From the NCBI RefSeq assembly GCF_009914755.1, contig NC_060928.1: a stretch of 64,000 bases of DNA; one strand, written 5' to 3'. The position numbers were made by a program, and so were the translations under genes. The notes below the pieces were generated by a model. The model was not told the DNA's origin. It did not search any database and saw only the letters and a list, made by a program, of their open reading frames with translations. Of the stretch, positions 50,721-64,000 are shown piece after piece (the stretch's first letter is position 1; the number at the start of each line of letters is the position of its first letter). Source of the DNA: the human T2T-CHM13v2.0 reference genome, Homo sapiens.

Positions 50721-52354
50721 ATATCTCTGTCTCCAAAATTATAGTCTCTTCTTTCCCTGTAACCACTTTGCCATACAATTATTATAAGTGCTTACATATA
50801 AACAGGGATAATAGAAACAATTTCAAGTAAAGTTTTTTTTTTGCGCTACAATCTGTTATTTTATTGCATATACTTATGCACAGAAGTGTAGACTCTCACA
50901 CATACGAACATGCACATGGGGCAGACACACACAACTGAATAGATTGTCAAGGAATCTTTGATTTGAAAATTGAAGGTACTCTAAGGATTATCAAATCAAG
51001 GCTTCTCCCTTCTTCTGCATATTAGGCTGAGAGAATTATAAGGAGGTTGGCCATTTCCAAGGTTACGCTGCCATTACTGATAGGATTAAAAACAGAAAAC
51101 TGAAATGATGCCAGTCTATTTTTCTGTTGCATTCACAGACTCTTACATGGACCCAGGGAAGAGAAATGTAAGAATCTTGCTTTTCAGTTTGTACCAATTA
51201 TGTGATTTTATTAAGAAGTTAGCTTCTAATAAACATTTTTTTTGTTTTTTTAATTTCAAGTATTACTATAGACTCAATAAAAAAGAAGTATATGAAGTAA
51301 CAAATATGAAAAGCTAAAATATTACAGATAAAAAAGAATGTTAATTTGGTATATATTAAGTAATCATCTGAAAAAAAATCTTAGTTGCTGACCTTTATTC
51401 AATATCTGAAAATTGAAATAAAACAATTAAATATGTGGTGGTTGTGATTTTCAAAGGTACTAGGAATTATCTAACTAGCTAGTAACATTTTCCCATAATA
51501 TCAGTTTACTATTTTGTGTATTCCAGTAGAAACAATGAAAAAATTTAGAAGGAATCGCCATTAAAGACTAGAGTGCAAACTGTGTCCAAAGCAATACAAT
51601 TTTTCTCTTTTTAAAACTAATACTTTCAATCACTAGACAACTAATGATATACACAAACACACACAATACTTTCTCTTGAGAAATCTGCACAATAAATTTT
51701 GTAAGCACAAGAAACAATGCATCTTCAAAATAGTTATATCTGCGTATTGTTATTAAAATATATAAAAATAATTTATGATTAAGTTAGATGATTCTGTGGT
51801 AATGGCTATGAGTTATTATTGCTTGTATAAATTTATTTGTTACTTGATCCTGATTCTATTTAGGGTGACATGAACTTTGTATTCAAACATTTTATTTGGG
51901 AATTTTAATTAAAATGGAAGTATTTATGCTTAATTAAAACAAATTAACATTGCAGAAGATGTTTAATCTTAGTAAATAATATTAATAAATTAGGGCAAAA
52001 TACATACATTTTGTGAACAATTTATAGCAATGTTAAACATTTTTAAAGACTAATAATGTTAAATTAGTCTTAATGACACTCTTACATTTAGAAATTGCTA
52101 CAGTAAACTATTATTAAAACAGCCAGATATTTGTCATACACACGCATACACACACACACCAAAAAAACACAATAAAAGCAGTAAATGAAATACATTGTAT
52201 TATTATTCCAGAAGTTTTGGTTTAACAGAAGCATTTTCTATATCTTTAATCATGTAATTTAAAAGTGCTAATTCTTACCCAAAATGTATAATTCTCTGAA
52301 TGAAAATAAATATATAATATCAAGTTGTGAGTAGGTCAACATACAGTTACATAG

Positions 52355-53117
52355 AAATTATGGAGTGGAAAGTTACAATAACCAAGATAAAAAAGTTTAC
52401 TAAACTCAACAGTAGATTTGAGGTGACAGAAGAAAGAATCAGCAAACTTTAAGGTAGATCAATAGGGATAAATAATCAGATCAGTGGGTAAAAATAAGGA
52501 AAAATGAATAGAGCCTCAGAGAGCACAGTGTGCCATTAAACACACCAACAGGAATGTCATGAGATTGCCTAAAGGAAAGGAGAAAGGGAGAGAAAAACCG
52601 TGAAGAAATAATGGCTGAAAATTCTTACAAATTGATTAAAAACACATCTGCAAACCCAATAAACTATATGTAGAATAAATGAAAAAAGAGCCACAACTAA
52701 AATTATCATAGCCAAGATACTGAAAGCCAAAGATAAAGAGAAAATATTGTATCCTGTAAGACAAAAATGATTCATCACTTAAATGGAACTCCAGTAAGAT
52801 TAACAGTTGACTTCTTATTAGAAACAATGAAGAACAGAAACAAGAAATGAAACTGTCTTTTACAAAATGAAAATGAAACAAAATTAATCCCAGATATGCC
52901 AAAGCTGGAACAATATGTTGCTATCATACCTGCCTTAAAATAAATGCTAAAGGAAGTTCTTCAGGCTAAAAGCTAGTGACATCAGGCTGTAGTTTCAAAT
53001 CTACATTTGAAAAACCAAAGAAGTAAAGGGAAGTATGAAGGCAATTATTAAAATATATATATATATTATTACAGCATATTTTCTCTGTTCTTACCCTCAT
53101 TTTAAAAGCAATTGCAT
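52355..53117 (+). mobile_element. Old L1M (ME/MD-type) ORF1 region, outermost host
   Basis: 'ctcaacagtagatttgag...gaagaaagaatcagcaaac', 'gaagaaataatggctgaaaattc', 'taacagttgacttcttattagaaacaatg'. Confidence 0.75.
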
Positions 53118-55270
53118 GTCCCTGGAAGCACTCAGATATCAGGGCAAGTGACACCACCCACCACCACTGGTAGCCAAGCAAACAATTCTTGCTCCAGCTT
53201 TGGACCCAGTGGTCCTACTTTTTCTGAAATCACCCATCAAGCTTAGACTCCTGTTATCCTGGGAAGCACCTGGACAGCAGAGCAGGTGATCCCACCAACC
53301 TCCACCACTGCTCGCCAGGTGAGCCTCACTTGCTAGAGCTTCCAGCCCAGGAGTCTCACTTCTGCCTGAATTTTCTAAGGGGCACCACCTGCTGTTACTG
53401 TGGAGACACCCAGATGGCAGGGCAGGCAACACCATCCACCTACACCTGCCTCTCATAGCCAGAAGGGCCACACACACTACAGTTTCCAGCCCAGTGGTTC
53501 CACTTCTGCCTGAACTCTGTGGACAGGTAAAACCAAGTGTTTCCCCAGAAAGCACTCAGACAGCAGATTAGGTCTAATCCAGCAAGAATACAGCCTGTCT
53601 CCCAACTGTGACTCCAGACTGAGGAAGCCCCAGGGACAAGAACACCTGTCAAAGAAACATGCACATGAAGAAAGTCATTGAAATAGGCTCCTTCAAGACC
53701 CATGAGCAAACTAGAATCAAAGCCAGTCAACTGAACTCACCTTTATATCACAATCAAACCCCCAAAGGCATCAAAGAAGATAAAAATAAAGGAACTCACC
53801 CAAAGGATAGCAGCTTCAAAGATCGAAGGAACATTGGTCCACACAGATGAGGAAAAAAAAAAAAAACAGTGGAAGAACTCTAGCAACACAAATAGCCAGT
53901 GTCTTCTTACCTCCAAATGACCACACCAGCTCCCCAGCAATGGTTCTCAACAAGGGTGCAGTGGCTAAAATGTCAGAAATAGAATTCAAAATATAAATAG
54001 GCATAAAAATTGTCAACATCTAGGAGAAATTTGAAACCCAATCCAAGAAATCTAAGGAATACAATAAAAAGTTATAAAAGAGAAAATATAAAATGGCCAT
54101 TTTAAGAAAGAACCCAAGTGAAATGATAGAGCTGAAAAACTCACTTCAAGAATTTTATAATACCATTGCAAGTAATAACAGCACAATAAACCAATCTGAG
54201 GAAAGAATCTCAGAGCTTAAAAACTCGTTCTCCAAAATAACTCAGTCAGAAAAAAATAAAGAAAAAATAATGAAGGGGAAAGAACAAAACTTCTGAGAAA
54301 TATGGAACCATGTAACAAAACCAAATCTATGCCTCGGTAACATCCCTGAAAGAAAGGGAGAGAAAGCAAGCAATTTGGGAAACATACTTGAGGATATCAC
54401 ACATGAAAATTTCTCCACCTTTGCTAGAGAGGCCAACATTCAAATCCAGGAAATGCAGAGAACAGCTGCAAGTTACTACACAGGACGATCATCCCTAAGA
54501 TACATAGTCAACAGGTACTCTAAACTCGAAATAAAAAATGTTAAAAGTAGCTAGAAGGAAGGGGCAGGTCACCTTCCAAGAGAACCCCATCAGGCTAACA
54601 ACAGAACTTTCAGCAGAAATCCTAAAGCCAGAAGAGTTTGGGGGATTACATTCAACATTCATAAAGAAAATAAATTCCAACCGAGAATTTCAGATCCAGC
54701 CAAACTAAGCTTCATAAGCAAAAGAGAAATAAGATTCTTTCAGACAAGCAAATGCTAAGAAAACTTGTTACCACCAGATGTGTTTTACAAGAGGTCCTTA
54801 TGGAGGTGCTAAATATGGAAAAGAAAGGCTGTTACTGGTCACCACAAAAGTACAGTTAAGTACAGAGACCATTGGCTCTATAAATAAACCACATCATAAA
54901 ATCTGCATAATAACCAGCTAACAACAGGATAATAGGATTAAACCAGCACATATCAATATTAACTTTGAATGCAAATGGACTAAATGCCCCAATTAAAAGT
55001 TGGATGTAAAAGCAAGACACAACTGTATGCTGAATACAAGAGAACCATATCACATGCAATGACTTCCATAGTCTAAAATAAAGAGATGAAGAATGATCTA
55101 CCAAGCAAATGAAAAACAGAAAAAAAGCAGAGATTGCTATTATAATTTCAGACAAAAAAAGACTTTAAACCAACAATGATGAAAAAAGGGGCATCACATA
55201 ATGAGAAAGCTTCAATTCAACAAGAAGACCTAACTATTCTAAATATATACATACCCCAAATAGGAGCACT

Positions 55271-57096
<1,826 letters not shown>

Positions 57097-57851
57097 AAAC
57101 AGGAGTACTAGATTTATAAAGCAAATTCTTAGAGACCTATGAAGAGAGTTAGATAACCACATAATAATTTTGGAGGACTTCAGTATGTCACTGACCATGT
57201 TAGATAGATCATCAAAGCAGAAAACTTTGACCAAATGGACCTAGCAGACATCTACATAACTCTCCACTGAAAAACAACAAAATATACATTCTTCTAGACT
57301 GCACATAACACATACTCTAAAATTGACAACACAATTGGCCATAAAACAATCCTCAGCAAATTAAAAAATCTGAAATCATAACAAACACACTCTTGGACCT
57401 GAGTACAATAAAAATAAAAATTAATATGAGAAAATCACTCCAAATCATACAATTACATAACAGCTAAATACCTGCTCCTAAATGACTTTTGAGTAAACAA
57501 TGAAATTTAGGCAGAAATGAAGACATTATTTGAAACTAATGAGAATAAAAATACGACATAGCAGAGTCTCTTTGACACAGCTAAAGCAGTATTAACAGGA
57601 AAGTTGATAGTGCTAAATGACCACATCAAAAAGATAGAAAGATCTGAAATGAACAACCCAACATCACACCTGGAGGAGCTGTAGTAACAAGAACCAACTA
57701 ACCCAAAGCTAGTAGAAGACCAGAAACAACCAAAATCAGAACTGAAGTGAATGAAATTGAGACAGAGAAAACCGTACAAAAAAATCAATGAATCCAGGAG
57801 TTGATTTTTTTTAAAAGAATCAATAGATTGATAGACAACTAACTAGACTAA

Positions 57852-57854
<3 letters not shown>

Positions 57855-57895
<41 letters not shown>
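57855..57895. repeat. (AG)~20 microsatellite inside L1 ORF2
   Basis: Direct sequence; expansion of the L1 'aagaaaaaaagagagaag' tract. Confidence 0.95.
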
Positions 57896-57899
<4 letters not shown>

Positions 57900-60761
57900 C
57901 CAAATGAACAAAATCAGAAATGCCAAAGGGGATGTTACCACAGACCCCACATAAAAAAAACACCTCCCAGACGCTAAAAAACACACCTCTGTGTACACAA
58001 ATTATTAAAATTAGAACAAATGAACAAATTTCTGGAAGTATACAACCTCCCAAGACTAAACCAGAATTAAAATGAATCCCAGAATGGAACAATAACAAGT
58101 TCCAAAACTGAATCAGTAAATAAAAAATCTACCAACTGAAAAAAATCCCAGGACCAGATAGATTCATAGCCAAATTCTACCAGATATGTAAAAAGAACTG
58201 ATACTATACCTACTGAAAGAATATGAAAAAATTAAGGAGGGACTCCTCCCTAATTCATTCTATGAGGCCAGCATCATCCTGATACAAAAACCTGGCGGAA
58301 ACACAACAACAACAAAAACTTGCAGCCAATATCCTCTAGGAATATAGATGCAAAAATCCTCATAAAATACTAGAATAATGAATCCAGCAGCACATGAAAA
58401 AGCTAATCCACCATGATCAAGTAGGCTTTATCCCTAGGATACAAGATTGCTTCAAAATATGTAAATCAAAAATTGTGACTCACCACTAAAAACAAACATA
58501 AGATGATCATCTCAACAGATGCAGAAAAGGCTTTTGATAAAACTCAACATCCTTTCATGTTGAAAACCCTCAACACACTAGGCATTGAAAGAAAATACCT
58601 CAAAATACTAAGAGCCATCTGTGACAAACCCACAGCCAACATCATACTGAACAGGCAAAAGCTGCAAGCGTTCTCCTTGAGAACCAGAACAAGACAAGAA
58701 CGCCTACTCTCACCACTCTTATTCAACATAGTGCTGGATATGCTAGCCAGAGCAATCAGGCAAGAGAAAGAAATAAAAGGCACCCAAATAGGAAGACAGA
58801 AGTCAAAAGATCTTTGCTTGTAGGCAATATGATTTTGTACATAGAAAACCCCATAGTCCCCACCCAGAGGATTCTAGATCTGATAAGCAACTTCAGTAAA
58901 GTTTCAGGATACAAAATCATTGTAAAAAATGAGTAGCATTTCTGTACACCAACAAAGTTCAAGCTGGGAACCAAATCAAGAATGTAATCCCATTCACAAT
59001 AGCCACAAAAAGAATTAAATGCCTAGGAATACAGCTAACCAGAATGAAGAAAGATCTCTACAATGAGAATTACAAAACACTGCTAAAGGAAATCAGAAAT
59101 GAAACAAACAAATGCAAAAAAAAAATTCTATCCTCATGGTTAGGAAGAATCAATATTAATAAAATGGCCATACTTCCCAAAGCAATTTATAGACAAATGC
59201 TATTCCTGTCAAACTACCAATAACATTCTTCAAGGAATTAATTAGGAAAACCTGTTTTAAAATTGATATGGGACAAAAAAAGAGCTCAAGTAGCCAAGAT
59301 AATTAAAAGCAAAAAGGTCAAAGCTGGTGGTATCATTTTACCCAACTTCAAACTATGCTACAAGAATACAGTAACTAAAACAGTATGGTACTGGTACAAA
59401 AACAGACACATAGACTAAAGAAACATAACAAAGAACCCAGAAATTAAGCCACACACATACAACCATCTGATTTTCAACAAACTCAAGAAAAATCAGCAAC
59501 GAGGAAAGACTCCATATTTAAGAAATGGTGCTGGGCTAAGTGGCTAGCCATATACAGAAGATTGAACCTGGACCCCTTTCACACAGCATATACAAAAACT
59601 AACTCAACATGGATTAAGACTTAAGGGTAAAACCCCAAACTATAAAAACCCTTGAAAATAACATAGGAAATACCAGTCTGGACATAGGCCCTGGCAGCGA
59701 TTTTCTGACAAAGATGCCAAAAGCAATTGCAGCAAAACAAAATAGACAAGTGGGACCTAATTAAATGAAAGAACTTCTAAACAGCAAAAGAAACTATCAA
59801 TAGAATTAACGGACAGTCTACAGAATCTGAGAAAATATTTGCAAGCTGTGCATCTAACAAAGGACTAATACATGGAATCTATAAATAAATCAACAAGCAA
59901 AAACAAACAACTGCATTAAAAAGTGGGGAAAAATACATGAACAAACACTTTTCAAAAGAAGACATACATAAGACCAATAGGAATATGAGAGAATGCTTCA
60001 CATCACTAATCATTAGAGAAATGCAAGTCAAAATCACAATGAGATACCATCTCACACCAGTTAGAACGGCTATTCATAAGAAGCCAAAAAATAGCAAATG
60101 CTGGTGTGGCTGCAAAGAAAAAGGAAAGCTTATACACTCCTCTTAGGAATGCAAATTATTTAAGTCCTTGTAGGAAGAAGTGTGGGGATTTCTCAAAGAA
60201 CTCTAAGTACCATTTCAACCTAGCAATCCCATTATTGGATGTATACCTGGAAAATTATAAATTGTTCTGCCTAACAACACATGCACACACATGCTTGTTG
60301 TAGCACTGCTCACAACAGTAAAGTCATGGAATCCACCTAAATACCCATCAGTGGCAGACTGGATAAAGAAAATGTGGCACATATATACCATGGAATACCA
60401 TGCAGGCATAAAAAAGAATGAGATCATGTCCTTTGCATCAATGTGGATTGAGCTGGAGGCCATAATCAAAAACAAACTAACCCCAAAACAGAAAAGCAAA
60501 TGCCACATATTCTCACTTGTAAGTGGGAGCTAAACATTGAGTACACATAGATACAAAAAAGTAAACAACAGACACCAGGGTCTACTTGAGGGTGAAGGGT
60601 TGGACGAAGGAGATTGAAAAACTACCTATTCGCTACTATCCTTATTACCTGGGTGATGAAACAATCTACACCAGCCGCCCATGACACATAATTTACATAT
60701 TTATCAAAACTGCGCATGTATCCCTGAATCTTATATAAAACTTAAATGAAAGTAAGTGCAT

Positions 60762-63700
60762 AGGACAATATGAATGTATTTGTATTGTTGCTTTTATACA
60801 AAAATGAAATGTATTTACCAATAACAGCCAAGGGTAATGGGTGGGAACAAAGTTGTAATGAAGTAGGAAATTAGAACAAAATGGTCACGTGGAATACATA
60901 GGAAGAAAGAAAATTGGTATTTTCTTCCAAAATTGGTAACTTAGAAGGTAAATATTAAAAAATTCTATAAATATATATTTGCTCTCCTTTCTGTTCTCAG
61001 CTTTTTACAGGGCATAAAAGGACTATATACAAAGCAGTAATTACAACAGTTTGACTGGGCTTGTAATGTATGTAACAAAATATAGATAACAACCATAGCA
61101 CAAAAAACAGGGGAAGGGAATGAAAATATTTTAGAGAAAGTTTCTATCATCCATTGGAATAACGTTATTTTTAAATCTGAAGTTAATTTTGGTCACTTGC
61201 GATGTATATTTTAAGCCCTAGAAAAAACCACAAGAAACATAGTTGAAAAATATAATAAAAACCTTAAACTGGTTTTTACTACACTAGAAAATACTTAATA
61301 ATAAAGAAGTCACTAGAGGAATAGAAAAACAAAGTGTCATGAGGCATACAGAATACAAAAAGCTAAATGGCAGAGGTCAATGCACACATGTCAATTGTAA
61401 CATTACATGTGAATAAATTGAAAAACCCAATTAAAAGTTAAAAATTATCTTATTGGCTAAAATAATAAGATCCAGCTATGTTATGTTCACAGGAGACTTA
61501 CTTTAGATTTAATGATGTAGAAGGTTGAAAGCACTTAACAAAAAGCACCACAATACATGAAGTAAAAATTGACAGAGTTTAAGGAAGAAGGACAGTCCAA
61601 AATTAATAAAGACTTAAGCAGCTCCCCCACATTTTTTTTATTTTAAACAGAGTCTTGCTCTGACCCCCAGGCTGGAGTGCAATGGCGTGATCTTGGCTCA
61701 CTGCAACCTCCACCCTCACTGCATTCAAGCAGTTCTTGTGCCTCAGCCTCCCTAGTAGCTGAGATTACAGGTGCCCACCACCACGCCTGGCTAATTTTTG
61801 TATATTTCGTAGGGACAGGGTTTCACCATGTTGGCCAGGCCAGTCTCAAACTCCTGACCTCAAGTCCCAAAGTGCCCGCCTCGACCTCCCAAAGTGCTGG
61901 GATTTACAGGTGTGAGCCACCACACCCAGCCTACCCCACTTTCAACAATAGATACAGAAGTTAGGCAAAGAAAAAAGAAATGGAATATGTGGAAAACACT
62001 GTAAACTATGTATCCTTAGCAGATACGTATCTATGGAATATTTCACCCAGGAACAGCAAAATAAGCATTCATCTTAAAGGCATATAGAACATTCTTGGGA
62101 TAAACACTATTTAAGGACATAAAACAAGCCTCAATAATTTTGAATAGGTTGAAATTGTACAGAGTATATTCTGCCACTACAAATTAAAGTGAGTTGAAAT
62201 TATATAAAGTATTTTATGTAAGCACAAAGGAATTAGCTTATAAATCAATAACAAAAGAAAGTTGGAAAGTTTACAAATACGTAGAAGTTAAACAATACAC
62301 TGCTCTTAAATAAACAATGTGTCAAAGTATAAATCACAAGTTAAATTCAAAGATACCTTGAAATGAATGAAAACACAAACACAATATACAAAAACATGTG
62401 GAAAGCAGCTACAGTGGTACAGAAAAAATTATAGCTGTATATGCCTATAATAAAATAAAATACGTACTTGAACTCAAGAACCTAACTTTTTACCTAAAGA
62501 AATAGAAAAAGAAGAGCAAGTTAAATCTAAACATAAGTAGATAAAAATAGTAAAGATTAGAAAGAAAATAAATACCATGGAGAAGGGAAAATTAATTTTT
62601 AAATAATAAAAATCAAAATTGGATTCTTTGAAAAAGTTGTAAAAAGTGACATTTAACTAGATTAGACATAAAGAGAATACTATGAAAAACTATATGCCAA
62701 CAAATTAGCCTAGATAAAATTTCTAAAAATTTGAGAAACACAAATTACCAGAAACTGTTTCAAAAAGGTAATAGAAAATCTGACTAGATCTCTGACGAGA
62801 TTGAGTTAGTAAACAAAAATGTCCCAGGCAGAAAAGTTGAGATCAAAGTGGCTTCACTGGTCAATTTTATCAAATATTTAAAGAATTAACAATGATTTTC
62901 ACACACTTTTCCAAAAAATAGTAGAGGAGAGATTACTTCCAAACTCATTCTATGGAGCCAGTTTTATCTTGATACTGAAACCAGACAAAGACATCAAAAG
63001 AAAACATCAGACCGATACAATTTTACTGCAAAAATCCTCAGTAAAATACTCAATAAGCCAAATCCAGCAACTCTTAAAAATAATTCTATGACATGGCCAA
63101 ATGTATTCTATCCCAGGAATGCAAGATTGCTTTCACATACAAAAGTCAATCAGTGTTATGCCCCATATTAATAAAATAAATGACAAAAACCATATGATCA
63201 TCTACATAAATGCTGCAAAAAACATTTGACAAAAATTTAACACTCTATCATGATAAAAACCCTCAATAAATTAGGAATTGCTCTATAAAATCTGATAGAT
63301 AAAATCATATTTAATGATGAAAGACTGCAAGCTTTCCCTCTGATATCAGGAACAAGAACACAAGGTCCACTCTCATCACTTATTCAACATTGTACTTCAA
63401 ATGCTAGCCAGGACAATTAGAAAAGAAAAATAAATAAAGGCATTAAGATTTGAAAGGAAGAATAAAACTGTATCAATAGATGGCATAATGTGTGTAGAAA
63501 ATGTGAAGACATTTTTAAACTATTAGAATAGATATGGTTAGCATAATTGTAGGTTGTGAAACGACACACACAAAAAAGTTTCTATATGCTGGCAATAAGG
63601 AGCATAAAAATGAAATTAAGAAAATTTAAAAATTAAGAAAAAATTTATGTAGTGTATAATAAAAAAGAACATAACAGGAATAAATTTAGCAAAATAAATG

Positions 63701-64000
63701 CAAGACTTATACACAGAAAACTAGAAAACATTTTTGAAATACATTTTAAAAGACCTAAACAAATGAAAAGATATTCCATATTTATAAATTGGGAGGCAAT
63801 TTTTAAATGGCAATAATCTCCAAATTCATCTGCAGATTCAATACGATCCCATCAAATTACCAACTACCATTTATTTTTGCAGAAATTGATGAAGTAATCC
63901 TAAAACTCATAGGAAAAATGCAAAGAACATAGTGCAGCGAAAATAAATTTGAAAAAGAAGAATAAAGTTGAAGAATTCACATTTCCTGATCTCAAAACTT
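60762..64000 (+). mobile_element. Old L1M inter-ORF region and ORF2 relic, continuing past the window end
   Basis: 'ggcttcactggtcaattttatcaaatatttaaaga', 'aaactcattctatggagccag', 'aaaccatatgatcatctaca', 'aagacctaaacaaatgaaaagatattcc'. Confidence 0.85.
61632..61931 (-). mobile_element. AluS (Sz-like)
   Basis: Antisense dimer; TSD core ccccac(a/t)tt on both sides. Confidence 0.9.

Noticed and set aside
58503-58823. Reverse transcriptase-like ORF as an active RT or novel retro-system
   Set aside because: Fragment of decayed L1PA ORF2 surrounded by stops and frameshifts

Overview
AT-rich, CpG-depleted primate genomic DNA, most likely human or another catarrhine given the AluY and young L1PA copies. 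It looks intronic or intergenic, and I cannot support any protein-coding gene, RNA gene or CpG island. The ORFs in the track are either random or fragments of Alu, L1 or mariner elements. Roughly half the window is transposon-derived: about 10 Alus (J/S/Y), two multi-kb nested L1 stacks (about 22.3-34.8 kb and 52.4-64 kb), MaLR LTRs (THE1, MLT1), a near full-length HSMAR2 mariner, MADE1, hAT MERs, and ancient MIR/L2/L3 relics. Subfamily names come from recalled consensus sequences and need RepeatMasker/Dfam confirmation. The most notable items are a repeat-free, motif-dense ~380 bp block at 37.06-37.44 kb (candidate conserved enhancer or terminal exon), a TSD-flanked L1MA insert lacking almost all of ORF2 inside a four-level nest, a composite Alu insertion under one TSD, and an AluS/AluY chimera. 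I found no evidence of a new multi-gene system.
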